64,000 nucleotides of DNA. Origin: a virus. The notes under the pieces are model-generated. The model worked only from the letters and a program-made list of their open reading frames with translations. It searched no databases and was not told where the DNA came from. The stretch is taken from positions 19,981-83,980 of IMG/VR virus record IMGVR_UViG_3300009152_000003. The stretch is one strand, 5' to 3'. A program made the translations under genes and the position numbers. Shown here piece after piece: positions 45,952-56,258 of the stretch (positions are counted from its first letter, which is position 1; each line of letters begins with the position of its first letter).

Positions 45952-48545
45952 TGACCATGCAAGCCCTGGCGGTATCGCTCAACACCCGCATCCACGACAA
46001 GCCCCCCGCCTGGCGGGATGAGTACGCCGACAATTGGCAGTCCGTCGAGACTGACATTGCCGGCCTGCGGGACGCGATCCGCCTGGGCTACGCCTTCGTC
46101 GCCGCGGCAATGCGCTCCCCTCACCGGAGCAGCTCCGCCTTCCTCCACGCCGACCTGGCCGTTGTCGACATCGACCACGGCCTCGACCTAGAGGACTTCC
46201 GCGCCCATGCGCTGGCCAAGCACGCCTGCTTGACCTACACCAGCTGCAGCCACCGGGATGAACCCGGCAAGCATCGCTTCCGGGTCATCTTCCGGCTGCC
46301 CGAGCGGATTGGCAATCCGGACACCTACAAGGCTGTCATCACCGCCTTGATCCGCGCCCTGGGCGGCGACAAGAACTGCAGTGATCCCTGCCGCCTCTAT
46401 TACGGCAACAGCAAGTGCCAGGACTGGCTGGGCTCAGTAGGCGCCTGCCTTCCCCAGGGTTTTGTCGCAGACGCCCGCAAAGAAGCCCTGCGTCAGCGCT
46501 CGAGTTTCGAGGAGCGCTCAGACGAGTACGACGAAACCTCAGTCGGCCAAGCGATCTATGTCTTTGAGAACGTCCTCGTACCCACCGCGGACGGCGAACG
46601 CGACGTCTTCGTGCGAATCACGGCAGCAGCAGCCTCTGCCGGCGACCCTCTCTTCCCCGCCTGGTCGGACTGGGCCAGCAGGGGGCACCACGGCAGCGGC
46701 AAGAACAGCCGCCAGACCAGCGAGAAGTTCTTCCGTGGTTTCTCCGGTCGCTCCTCGCTTGGCACCCTGTTCTTCCTGGCCTCTGAGCAGGACCCCAACT
46801 GGCGCGACTCCCTGCCAGACGACCTGCGCTCCTCGGGGAACTACGACTCCAAGATGCCGCCGGGCTACCGGCACGAGGACTTCCTCGGCTACAACGACCC
46901 CGAGTACGACCTGCCCAAACCCGGCAAGTACCACACGCCTTCCATTATCGAATGGGCTGCAAGCCAGGCCGCGAGCAGCCCTCAGATCGAAGCGGGAAAT
47001 CTTGTTGCCGGGATCCCAGTAACGGCAGTGCAGTCTCAAGGTGAGACATCCCCGCCAGTGGGCTTCGCCGAGACGAGCAACGACGACGACGCCATGCCCG
47101 CGATGCCGGCTCACTTGGCGGCACTACTGGCAGAGCCCGTGCTCGATGACGAAGAGGTCGACCCGGAGTTCCTCGGCAGTCCGGATGATCTGTTGATCCC
47201 GGTCCCCTCCGGTGACGCCCCACTGCCACCGGAGCCGGTCAGGAAGAAGGGGCGCGGCCGTCCGGCTAAGGGGGGCTCGGCTGGGGGCAGCGAGGTCGCC
47301 AAGATCCGCGGCAAGGTCAAAACCCTCTACCCCGGGCTGCGTTTCAACCAGCTCACCCAGCAGCTCGAGTTCGGCCCCATGGATGAGCCCAAGCTCGTCG
47401 AAGACGCCGACAAGGCCTACCTGCTCATCTCCGAAACGGAAGACAAACCCTTTGCCAAGACCCACGTCTACGACGCCATTCATCTCTCTGCCCAGCGCAA
47501 CGGCTACAACCCGGTGCACCGATTCCTTGACGAGTGCGCCAAGCATGAACCGATCGACTACTTCGACTCCCTTGCCACCACGTTGCTCGGGGTTGCCGAG
47601 GAGGGGCCCGAGAATCCCCGCATGCCCTGCGGTCGCCTGCTTGCTGATCTGATCCTGCGCCGCTTCTTGATCGCTGCTGTCGCCAGAGCCAGGCAACCAG
47701 GCTGCCCCATGGGCTGGATGCCGATCCTGGTCGGTCCGCAGAACGTCGGCAAGACCAACTTCTTCCAGTACCTCACGCCGCCCAACCCGCTGAGCAACGA
47801 CTACACCTGGTGCCCAACAATCCAGCAAGGGATCTCGTACCTCAAGGAGAAGCCCCACGCCCTGCACGCCGGCTGGATCGTCAACCTTGATGAGGTCGAG
47901 CGCTTCTTCCGCCGTCAGTACACCGAGGAGTTCAAGAACCTCGTCACCGTCTCGGTCGATCTCTCCAGGCGCCTCTACGAGAACGAGCGCACCTTCCGGC
48001 GGGCGTTTGTGCTGGTCGGCTGCACCAACAGCAAAGACTTCATGGTTGACCCCTCCGGCAACCGCCGCTTCATGCCGATCACCGTCAAGGGCATTGCAAC
48101 CAGCCCCCAGGACCCCACGGTCAAGATCATCGACCTCGACCGGGTCAAAGCCGACCGCATGCGGATCTGGGCTGCAGCTCAGCAGGCTTACTTGGATGAG
48201 CCCATCTACGAGTTCTCGTCCTACGAAATCGGCTTTATTGATGACTACTTGAACAGCCACACAGTTGACAGTCCGGTAACCGGTGCGCTACAGGCTGCCC
48301 TGTCTCGTAACAGCTCCTTTACCCATAAAGGCCAACCAGTTTATATCTTAAGTGATATTTACAGCTGGTTGGGGCTTTCCATTGACCCCCGCACTGGCTC
48401 CAATAACGGCATTACGGACGAGCTCAAGCGACTCGGCTACGGCTCAACGCGCATCAGGAGGTACGGCAAGCAGGTCCGCATTTGGTACGCAACCAAGCCC
48501 GAAAAGGTCGGCACCACCGACATCCCCTACGACTGGGGCGACTGA
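45951..48545 (+). CDS. primase-helicase (AEP/RepB-like primase, PriCT-2-like domain, VirE/VapE P-loop ATPase)
   Basis: VVDID, YTSCSH...RFRVIF and DPCRLYYG in the primase part; GPQNVGKT, IVNLDE, VGCTN and DPSGNRRF in the ATPase part. Confidence 0.88.
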   Translation: MTMQALAVSLNTRIHDKPPAWRDEYADNWQSVETDIAGLRDAIRLGYAFVAAAMRSPHRSSSAFLHADLAVVDIDHGLDLEDFRAHALAKHACLTYTSCSHRDEPGKHRFRVIFRLPERIGNPDTYKAVITALIRALGGDKNCSDPCRLYYGNSKCQDWLGSVGACLPQGFVADARKEALRQRSSFEERSDEYDETSVGQAIYVFENVLVPTADGERDVFVRITAAAASAGDPLFPAWSDWASRGHHGSGKNSRQTSEKFFRGFSGRSSLGTLFFLASEQDPNWRDSLPDDLRSSGNYDSKMPPGYRHEDFLGYNDPEYDLPKPGKYHTPSIIEWAASQAASSPQIEAGNLVAGIPVTAVQSQGETSPPVGFAETSNDDDAMPAMPAHLAALLAEPVLDDEEVDPEFLGSPDDLLIPVPSGDAPLPPEPVRKKGRGRPAKGGSAGGSEVAKIRGKVKTLYPGLRFNQLTQQLEFGPMDEPKLVEDADKAYLLISETEDKPFAKTHVYDAIHLSAQRNGYNPVHRFLDECAKHEPIDYFDSLATTLLGVAEEGPENPRMPCGRLLADLILRRFLIAAVARARQPGCPMGWMPILVGPQNVGKTNFFQYLTPPNPLSNDYTWCPTIQQGISYLKEKPHALHAGWIVNLDEVERFFRRQYTEEFKNLVTVSVDLSRRLYENERTFRRAFVLVGCTNSKDFMVDPSGNRRFMPITVKGIATSPQDPTVKIIDLDRVKADRMRIWAAAQQAYLDEPIYEFSSYEIGFIDDYLNSHTVDSPVTGALQAALSRNSSFTHKGQPVYILSDIYSWLGLSIDPRTGSNNGITDELKRLGYGSTRIRRYGKQVRIWYATKPEKVGTTDIPYDWGD

Positions 48546-48547
48546 GA

Positions 48548-48778
48548 TCAACCGGGCATCTGCGGATCCCCGAAGCCCAGCGGGTCGGCCCCAGGGAGCG
48601 GCGCCCCACTGACATGCCCCATCACCCAACGGGTCGCAGCCTTCTGGCAGTGCCAGGCCTGCACCAGCTGTTTGCTGAGCTTCCGCAGCGCCTCGACATC
48701 GCTGGTCGCGTCAATCACCCGGCCCATCCGCTCGATCTCAAACTGCTGCCCAATGCTCAGGGCCAGTTGATCAGACAT
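48548..48778 (-). CDS. nblA: NblA-like phycobilisome degradation protein (picocyanobacterial/cyanophage type)
   Basis: LSIGQQFEIERMGRVIDATSDVEALRKLSKQLVQAWHCQKAATRWVM has the two-helix NblA pattern (LSxxQQF). Confidence 0.65.
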   Translation of the reverse strand: MSDQLALSIGQQFEIERMGRVIDATSDVEALRKLSKQLVQAWHCQKAATRWVMGHVSGAPLPGADPLGFGDPQMPG

Positions 48779-49067
48779 GGCACGCAACGGGTAGCAGTGC
48801 AGCCTCAGGCTACCGGACCTCGATGATTGGCAGCTTGGTCCCGCTCCTCGCCGCCTACGGGTGAGACTCATTGGACTTGCTGTACGACTAATGCTCCTCT
48901 TCCTGCCGTAAGACACAGCAGACACCACGAAAGACAGATGAGCGTTTCTGATTGATCCGGACCACCACTCCTGAGATTCTCGCGACTCGCGCCCGGAATG
49001 GCCGGACTTGGCCGCAAGGTGTGACATCTCTCATTTCGCTGGCTTCCATTCCGCCGCAACGCTTTCC

Positions 49068-49307
49068 GCAGGGTGTGCCATCTGTGCCATCGATCGGCCT
49101 ACTCCTCCCAGAAAAATAGTGTTCCCCCCTCCCCTTCCCCTCTTAGCCCCGTCTCAACCCGTGACATCGCCCTCTTGTCTCGCCTTGCGTCTCAAGTCGT
49201 CCCATTCCGATCCGCTAGTTTCTGACTGGGTTCTGGGCATCTCCAGAGGGGGGAGGATTTTTTCTGGGAGGAGTAGGTTTCTTGATGGCACAGGTGTCAC
49301 ACTCTGC
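49068..49307. repeat. long imperfect inverted repeat, candidate replication origin
   Basis: 49068-49091 pairs with 49284-49307 (21/24) and 49098-49116 pairs with 49259-49277 (19/19). GTGACA/TGTCAC hexamers lie around it, downstream of the primase-helicase. Confidence 0.7.
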
Positions 49308-49452
49308 AATAGCCCAGTCACTGCAACGGGTTTCACCGATTCCCTGATGGAACACCCTTGAGCAGCTACCAAGCCCTGCTTCTTGGCTTCCACCCCGCTA
49401 GCTAGGGGTTGCACAACCCGGTACGATCCGTCCGTTCCCGGTCGTATCTCTC

Positions 49453-49812
49453 ATGTCACCAGCCTGGTCACCACCTGCTAACTCGGCTTGGCTGCCGGAC
49501 GCTCCTAGCCGTGACACCCCCGCAGGGCTTCACCCGCTGGACCGCACTGATCGCGACACAATCGACGACCTCCTCTTCGTCAAGGAGCCCTCGGATCTTG
49601 ACCTGGTCAACGCCGCTCGGCTGATCACCCGCTACCGCGACTCACGGCTCTCCACTGACCTGCGGGACCTCCTGGGCCGGGTGCTTCGCAACTGGTCGCT
49701 AACCGCCGCAGAGCTTTTTGCCTTGACCCGCGCCATTTGGCGTTCCGGCTGGACCCCGGCGGCACTGTCCCAGAACGAAGCCGTTGGTTCCGGTGCTGAC
49801 GTGGAGTCCTGA
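49453..49812 (+). CDS. DUF3288-like cyanobacterial protein
   Basis: HPLDRTDRDTIDDLL...AARLITRY...WSLTAAELFALTRAIW...GSGAD. Confidence 0.75.
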   Translation: MSPAWSPPANSAWLPDAPSRDTPAGLHPLDRTDRDTIDDLLFVKEPSDLDLVNAARLITRYRDSRLSTDLRDLLGRVLRNWSLTAAELFALTRAIWRSGWTPAALSQNEAVGSGADVES

Positions 49813-49814
49813 TC

Positions 49815-50573
49815 ATGTACAAGTTCACCTTGATCGGCATTGCCGCTTCCCGCGCCGGCTCGGGCAAGACCACCGTGGCTCAAGCCCTGGTGAATAACGC
49901 CGGTTTCGTGCGGCTGCCCCTGGCCGAACCGCTCAAGCGCATCGGCGGCATCATTCTTCAAGGGGCCGCCGTCAGCGAAATGGATGCGCGGCGCTACCTG
50001 TATCACGAGCGCAACGTCGTTATCCCGGAGATCGGCGTCACCGGCCGGCACCTCCTGCAGACCCTCGGTACTGACTGGGGCCGCCGCCTCATTTCACCGC
50101 ACCTGTGGACAACGATCTGGGAACACAGCCTGCAGGAGCTGCGCGTTGCGGCCTACCACGAGAGGCGCGAAGTTCGCGTCGTCGTTGATGACGTCCGCTT
50201 CCCTAGCGAAGCCGACCTAATCCGCAGCTTTGGGGGCCTCATGTGGATGGTCGAGCGGCCCCGCACCCGCCAAGACGCGCGGCACGAGCTGCGCCGTCGC
50301 TTCAGCCCAAAGCGCTTCCTGCGCTCGCCGCAGCAGCTGCTGCCTTGGAAGCTCTTTGCCTCTCTCCATCCCAGCGAAGGCGGCCTCAATCGCTACCCCT
50401 GTTTCGACGCCCGGTTGCGCAACGACGGGACTATCCATGAGCTCTTGCAACAGGTCTGGGAGGAAGCAGCTTCCCTCCGGATCCAGCTCAACGGCCTGGG
50501 GCCGTTTGACGCGGTCCCTACCGGTGAGGCTTGTTCTGTCATCCCTTTTCCCCGCCCCGACGGAGCGGCCTGA
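49815..50573 (+). CDS. deoxynucleoside monophosphate kinase
   Basis: AGSGKTT, LAEPLK, RHLLQTLGTDWGR, VVVDDVRFPSE and HPSE motifs. Confidence 0.9.
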   Translation: MYKFTLIGIAASRAGSGKTTVAQALVNNAGFVRLPLAEPLKRIGGIILQGAAVSEMDARRYLYHERNVVIPEIGVTGRHLLQTLGTDWGRRLISPHLWTTIWEHSLQELRVAAYHERREVRVVVDDVRFPSEADLIRSFGGLMWMVERPRTRQDARHELRRRFSPKRFLRSPQQLLPWKLFASLHPSEGGLNRYPCFDARLRNDGTIHELLQQVWEEAASLRIQLNGLGPFDAVPTGEACSVIPFPRPDGAA

Positions 50574-50576
50574 GCG

Positions 50577-51044
50577 ATGGACAATGCCACGGACGTCACT
50601 CCTTTCCCCGCTGCGCCCAACGACGGCAGCCGCATTTGGATGCGTGTTGCCTGGTTGGCCTCCGGCGTCAAGGATCGCTCAAGCCGCGCCACAGGGGTTG
50701 TAGCCCTGCGGCCATCCTCCGATGATTACGACCGGGTTATCGCTGTCGTCGGGTCCGACTCCAGCCAAAGCGCCATTCAGGGCTTGATCACTCAGGCCGC
50801 CAAACACGGCATCTGCCTGCAAGGGGCGACCTGTTTTCTTTTCCCGGGCCTCGGCCGCCAGGAGGATTTCAAGCTTCTTCTCAGGTCTGGCGTCTCAAGA
50901 GTCCTCATCCCTGAAGCTCCAGTACCCAAGCGATTAGCTGACGACGATCACACCTGCCGCTGGGCTGCATCGTCTCTGGGTGTCGAGATCATCTCGATCG
51001 ATCTCGACGTGACTTTCTCGCCCCTGCTTCACCCCCATGGCTGA
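50577..51044 (+). CDS. dCMP-deaminase-like protein lacking catalytic motifs
   Basis: WMRVAWLAS..KDRS...AIQGLITQAAKHGICLQGAT...KLLLRSGVSRV; no HAE or PCxxC. Confidence 0.6.
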   Translation: MDNATDVTPFPAAPNDGSRIWMRVAWLASGVKDRSSRATGVVALRPSSDDYDRVIAVVGSDSSQSAIQGLITQAAKHGICLQGATCFLFPGLGRQEDFKLLLRSGVSRVLIPEAPVPKRLADDDHTCRWAASSLGVEIISIDLDVTFSPLLHPHG

Positions 51045-52368
51045 AGAGTCCACCCAAACGATCACGATCTGCTGGGGGGCGCGCGTTCGCCGTGCAAACC
51101 GCGTTGGCCTTGTCGTTGAGCTCCCCACGGATCGTGCTGTCGCCAACAGCAGGCAGAAGCCTTGGGCGGAGGTCATACCAGAAGGCTCCTCCACCGGGAG
51201 GGCGGAGCAATGGCCTATCGCCGAGACCGCCTTGCTCCCCCGGAGTGAGCAGCTGCCCTTACTAGGCGGTGCTTTTCAGCCGCCCAAGGGCTACCCGTTC
51301 GTCACGCGCCGCTCCTGAGCACCACTCACTTCTCACCTGTTTGCCATGCCTCAACCCTCTGCCACTTCGTTTGCGGCTTTCACCGCTAACGCGGCTCCGC
51401 CACCTGATCGATTCCGGCTGCGTGACATCTGGCGCTGCCCTGATGGCCACCTGCACGCTGTTAGTCATACCCGCCTGGCTTCCTCCGGCGAGTTTGTCGC
51501 TCTCTCTCCAGTAGGCCTCGGAGTGCGCAAGTACCTCAGGTCCCAACAGGTCCCCGCCGGTTGGCAGCGCCGCACCTGGGGAGGCGCGGCATGAGCGCCC
51601 ACCTCGAGTTTCCTCTACTCCGCGCCGAAACGATCGAGCTCCTGACCTCTGCCCGGGCCCGGGCAGGCGGCGATCAGACCTTGACCATTGCCAGCGAAGA
51701 CCGCCGTTTCTTGTCTGGCTTCCTAAGGGCGCTGATAGAGCAGACCAGCGCAGAACTGTCTAAGAGTCCTCTCCTCTACAACAAGCTCATGTTTCTCGCC
51801 GGCAACCTCCACTCACCTCCACCGCTACCGCCAACCCTGGCCAAAGCCAAGGAAGCAGCATTGCATCTGGTCGGCCCATCAGCCGAGGTTGTCCATGCGT
51901 TTCTTGCCACTCTTGAGGTGGAGCCATGAGTGCCGGTACCCGCTCGCCGCTATGGGAAGTGATGCAGCGTGCCTTTCTTGACGGACGCAGTCCTGGGCTG
52001 AGTGATCGTTTCGGTTATGCCGCCGAGATTCGCGCCATCCGCGACTTCATTGAGGAGATTGCCGTACTCCATTGCTGGCATCCCGGTCAGGTGGGGCGCA
52101 TCACTGAACTCCTCACCGCAGAAGCCGAGCGTTCTGAACGCAATAACACTCACACTCCCGAAGGCAAGCCATGAGCATCAACAGCAACGGAGGTCGCATT
52201 GGCAGCCTGTGGTGGATCAACTCAGATCTGCAATCCCGCACGGCACTTTTGCCCGTGACATTTGGCATTGTCGACACCGGCCTCGTCGTGAGCCGCAAGG
52301 TGGTTTGCTGGGGCACCGTTGGTCTTGGTTCCCACGTCCGCATTGCCGTGGAGCCGCTCGATGACTGA
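51037..52368 (+). CDS. run of five small hypothetical genes (51037-51318, 51346-51594, 51591-51929, 51926-52174, 52171-52368)
   Basis: Consecutive, mostly ATGA-overlapping ORFs, several with GGAGG-like SDs. Confidence 0.55.
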
Positions 52369-53053
52369 TCCCACCTCCGACTTCCTCGCCCTGTTCACCG
52401 AGATGGCCGACGAGCTAGATCGCTGCCGCCGATTCTCCAGGGGTAATTGCGACCTGACTCATCCTTTAGCCGACCGCGCTCGCTCTGCTCTGCCCCAACT
52501 GGAGGTCGAGCTTCCTGAACGCGGCAACACTTCCGCCCCCCGAAATGAAGCAATGACCATCTCCCCTGAAGCCAAAGCCTGGCTACACCAGTCCGCCGCC
52601 GTTGACGGCTTTGTATCGGCTCAAATTCTTTTGAACCTGCTGGAGCGCGTTGAGGCGCTGGAGCAGTGGCTAACTCGTGGAGATTTCGTACAGGTTCCTC
52701 CCACCCCCGAGGTTGTCCCGGCGGCCTCGGATGAGGAGTTGCTGGCCATGCGTTCGTGGTCAAGCCACGGGCCGACTTTTGACAGTGACCTAGTGGAATT
52801 TGGCCGCTCCTGCTACGACCTTGGCCGCCAGCGCGGCGCCGCCCAGCCCCCAGCCGCCCAGCCCACCCCGCCGGTCGCGCCTGCCGGGGGGTTGGTGGAA
52901 AGGGTGGTAAAGGTCATTGCCGACCCTGACGGCCCTGCTGAGCTGTGGTACGACGATGCCCGCGCCGCGATCCGAGAGGTAGCGGCGTGGATGCGGGAAA
53001 ACGAGACGGGGTACAACGCTGCCCGACCGCTGGAGCAGGAGGCCGACCGATGA
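52361..53053 (+). CDS. mosaic hypothetical protein
   Basis: Modules DFxALxxEL...RARxAL, PAGGLVE and ARAAIREVAAW. Confidence 0.6.
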   Translation: MTDPTSDFLALFTEMADELDRCRRFSRGNCDLTHPLADRARSALPQLEVELPERGNTSAPRNEAMTISPEAKAWLHQSAAVDGFVSAQILLNLLERVEALEQWLTRGDFVQVPPTPEVVPAASDEELLAMRSWSSHGPTFDSDLVEFGRSCYDLGRQRGAAQPPAAQPTPPVAPAGGLVERVVKVIADPDGPAELWYDDARAAIREVAAWMRENETGYNAARPLEQEADR

Positions 53054-53916
53054 GCAGCCCAGACTTCCGCGCCCTGTGCGCTGAGCTGACAGACCGCCTT
53101 CAACACGCCATTACATCCGTGAATGCCGACTCCTATTACGGAGAGAACCGTGACGCTGTGGACCGCGCCCGCGCCGCCCTGGCTGAGCCGGAGGGGGAGG
53201 GGCCGACGGATGGCGAGATTGAAGAAGCGGCAAAACTGATTTACGCCTCAATGTGTTCTGCCGTTCCTGACTACCACTGCACCCGAGACTGGGTAGAGCG
53301 TGGCAACTCGCTGATGCAAGACGAAGCCAGAAGGACCGCCCGCGCCGCCCTCGCCCGCTGGGGCCACCTCGCCACCCAGCCCGCGCTTGCCGGGGGGTTG
53401 GTGGATCTGACTGAAAAGCTGATCGCCGAGTCCAAGCCCATGGACCCAGAGTTGGCTGCAGTTTTAACAACAGAAGCCCGTTGGGAGCTTTACGAAGTGA
53501 GTTCCACCCCACAGCCCACCCCACAGCCCACCCCACAGCCCCCCACCCCGCCAGCACCGGAGGCGGGGGAAGTGGCGGAGTTAGTGGCTGCGCTGAAAAC
53601 AGACGCGGAGTGCGTGGCTGCCGAGCGTTACGACCTGTGCAACTTGACAGCCGATCAAATGCACCGCGCCGCCACCCTGCTCCAGCAGCTCTCCGCGCCC
53701 GCCCTGGCGGCTGAGCCGGTGGCGCGTGAAGTCCACTTTGAGTTTGCTGTCGTGGACGGCGATTACATGCAGCAGGTTGGCGGGACAGCACCGACCTATT
53801 CTCAGGCGTTGAGCGAGGGTAATCATTACCTGGCTCAGTACCTCCAAGGCGGCCCGCATACACTGGAGATCCGCCGCATTGAGCAGATGCCCCAGGTCGG
53901 GGAGGTGGGGGCATGA
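53050..53916 (+). CDS. mosaic hypothetical protein
   Basis: Shares modules with 52361..53053 and 54727..55191. Confidence 0.6.
   Translation: MSSPDFRALCAELTDRLQHAITSVNADSYYGENRDAVDRARAALAEPEGEGPTDGEIEEAAKLIYASMCSAVPDYHCTRDWVERGNSLMQDEARRTARAALARWGHLATQPALAGGLVDLTEKLIAESKPMDPELAAVLTTEARWELYEVSSTPQPTPQPTPQPPTPPAPEAGEVAELVAALKTDAECVAAERYDLCNLTADQMHRAATLLQQLSAPALAAEPVAREVHFEFAVVDGDYMQQVGGTAPTYSQALSEGNHYLAQYLQGGPHTLEIRRIEQMPQVGEVGA
53504..53539 (+). repeat. 12-bp tandem repeat x3 (CCACCCCACAGC, encodes PTPQ)
   Basis: Three exact units. Confidence 0.9.
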
Positions 53917-54379
53917 GCCCGCAAAGTGTCAACGTCAACTTTGGTGCCCTCACCCCGTCGATTGACGATCAACTCAGAGATCAAGACTTGAAGCTCGATA
54001 TGGACCCCGTGCTTCGTTGCCACTTACAGCGCGATGTCGATGAGGTGACCCGCCTTCGTGTCCGCTGCATCCTCACCGAGGCCGAATCGGACAAAGCCCG
54101 CAAGCGTATTTTCCAGATCATCAAAAAACACGCCAAACCGCTATGACCGCCCCACTCTCCGTCGCCGCCCAAGCAATCTGGGACGCCTGGAACGATGCCT
54201 ACGAGGCCCAGGGGCCATTGGAAGACATGGGCCAGCCCATCGCCGCCGCCCTCCGCGCTGTTGTGGATCGAGTGGAAGACCTGATCGGTGATATTGAAGA
54301 TCCAAAGTTTGTTGAAGGCGTTTTGACGGCATCGCATTTTCTGGATCTTATCGCCGCCGAGCTGGAGGGCCAGCCATGA
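53913..54379 (+). CDS. two small hypothetical genes (53913-54146, 54143-54379)
   Basis: ATGA-coupled ORFs. Confidence 0.6.
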
Positions 54380-54497
54380 CCCCCACCAACCTGCTCTGCC
54401 TGGCAATTGCGGTGCCAATCCTCGCCCAGATGATTCGGATGGTGATTGCCACTTTGCTGCTGGCCTGGATCATTAACACCAAGCCGTTCCCGTTTGT

Positions 54498-54734
54498 GTG
54501 ACCGTGACCGACCTTGTAAATCACCCGCCCCACTACACATCCGGCTCCGTTGAGGTGATCGACATCCTCGAGCAGGCTGCCAGCCATTCCCCTGACCCCG
54601 TGATGGCTGCCCTGCAGTGGCAGGCCTTGAAGTATCTGCTCAGGATGTGGTTGAAGGGGAACGCATTGCAAGACGCCATGAAGGCCCGTTGGTATTTGAA
54701 CCGCCCAATTCACCACCTAGAGAAACATGTCTGA
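54498..54734 (+). CDS. DUF3310 (SaV-like) protein
   Basis: DLVNHPPHYTSGSVEVID...ALKYLLR...KG...QDAMKARWYL. Confidence 0.85.
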   Translation: MTVTDLVNHPPHYTSGSVEVIDILEQAASHSPDPVMAALQWQALKYLLRMWLKGNALQDAMKARWYLNRPIHHLEKHV

Positions 54735-55765
54735 TCCCATCTCCCACCCCGCCCCGCCAGCACCGGAGTCGGGAGAGGAGCCGACAAATGATGAGCTGTT
54801 CGACCTCGCCTGCGCCATTGTTGACCACTGGAACCCCTCCACCTCCGAGGCCGTCCAGCTCGGCCCGGTGGCCGCGCCTGTCGGGGAAATAGCGAAGTTG
54901 GTGGATTCGCTGCAGTTTCGCCGCGCCGCCACCCTGCTCCAGCAACTCTCCGCGCCCGCCCCGGTGGTGGTGCCGGTGGCGGTGAGTGATGCGCTGATTA
55001 AGGCCGAGTGCGCCCTGTCGGATGTTGCCGAGGGGCAGCCGGAATGCGATGACGGCGACCCAGCGCAATGGTCTGAGCAACGCTGCGCGGAGACCCTGGC
55101 AATCATCCGCCCGGTGATGAAGCGGCACAAGATCCGCACATCAGAATGGCCGCCGCAGCCGCTGCCCCAGGCCGGGGAGGTGGGGGCATGAAAAACTGTA
55201 CCGAATGCGCCCATGCCAACTGGCAACGCACGAAGTCCGGCAGCCTTCATCCAAGCGGCGAAGGCAGGTGCGGCAAAAAGATTGAATTACCACAATTACC
55301 GAAGGCGTTTTACTGGTCTTCACAACCTTACCTTTGCGGTGGTTGCATAACTCGTCGCGAAGAACTGAAAGAGCACTGCCCTTACTGGCAACAAAAACAA
55401 TGAGTGAGTGCCTCCCCGACCTCCCCCGCTACATCCGCCAGTTTGGCGACAACGAGTGGCAAGGTGCCGACCATCAGAACGGCCCCTGGCGATCAATCCC
55501 GGCGCCGCAATCGGGGTTGCCGTGGATAAAGCCAGCAGCCACCAAGGAATCCTCGGCAATTCAGCTCACCACCGCCGACCGCCTAGCCCTAGCGGTGTGC
55601 CCCTACCTGGAAGGCGTCTGCAAAGTCCCGGCCAACGACTGCCGCCGCTACTGCCGCCGCGACTCCGCCGCCGTTGCCCGCGAACTGGCCGCCATTTTGC
55701 GAGAGCGCCATGGGGGCAGTAGCACCACAGCTGACTGGCTGGATGGGGTGGGTACACATCCTTGA
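54727..55765 (+). CDS. three hypothetical genes (54727-55191 mosaic, 55188-55403 Cys-rich, 55400-55765)
   Basis: Coupled ORFs. Confidence 0.55.
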
Positions 55766-56247
55766 GTTGTCCAGTGTGCAGTAGCGACAGTATTGATGTT
55801 GCCGAATCCCGCCTTTGCTCCAATGGCACCCGTCGTCGTCGCCACGCCTGCCTTCAGTGCCTCCACCGGTGGACCACTTGGGACGGCCCCAGGCCGAGAC
55901 GCGGCTACTCTCCCGGCACTGGGCCCAAGCAGCGCCGGCGTCGTTCGCCGCTCACTCCGGAGGAAGTTCGCATTGTTCTACTCACCCCGTTGAACCTCAC
56001 CGCTGTAGCTCGGCAGCTGGGCTGCTCTAAGCAAACCGCAAGCTCAATTCAGCGAGGCCTCTACCATGCCGACCTTTGGCCGGAAATCCCCCGCAGAGCG
56101 TCCAAGACTCAACCCAGTACTGGCCTGAGCTGTTACAGCTGTCTGTCATGGCGAGATGGGAGATGCCTTCAGGGGGTACCTGATCCCCTGGAGGAGGGGC
56201 CAGGATTCGCAGCAGACTGCGATCAATTCGATCCCATCGCCACGTAG
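55762..56247 (+). CDS. NrdR-like Zn ribbon + HTH + Cys-rich protein
   Basis: CPVC...VAESR...RRRRHACLQCLHRWTT; LTAVARQLGCSKQTASSI; C-terminal CxxC...C...C. Confidence 0.7.
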   Translation: MSCPVCSSDSIDVAESRLCSNGTRRRRHACLQCLHRWTTWDGPRPRRGYSPGTGPKQRRRRSPLTPEEVRIVLLTPLNLTAVARQLGCSKQTASSIQRGLYHADLWPEIPRRASKTQPSTGLSCYSCLSWRDGRCLQGVPDPLEEGPGFAADCDQFDPIAT

Positions 56248-56258
56248 CGTTGACCTCG

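Noticed and set aside
47124-48260. Long antisense ORFs (this one, and 26958-27704, 8615-9565 and others)
   Set aside because: They are shadow frames of well-supported genes in GC-rich, codon-biased DNA.
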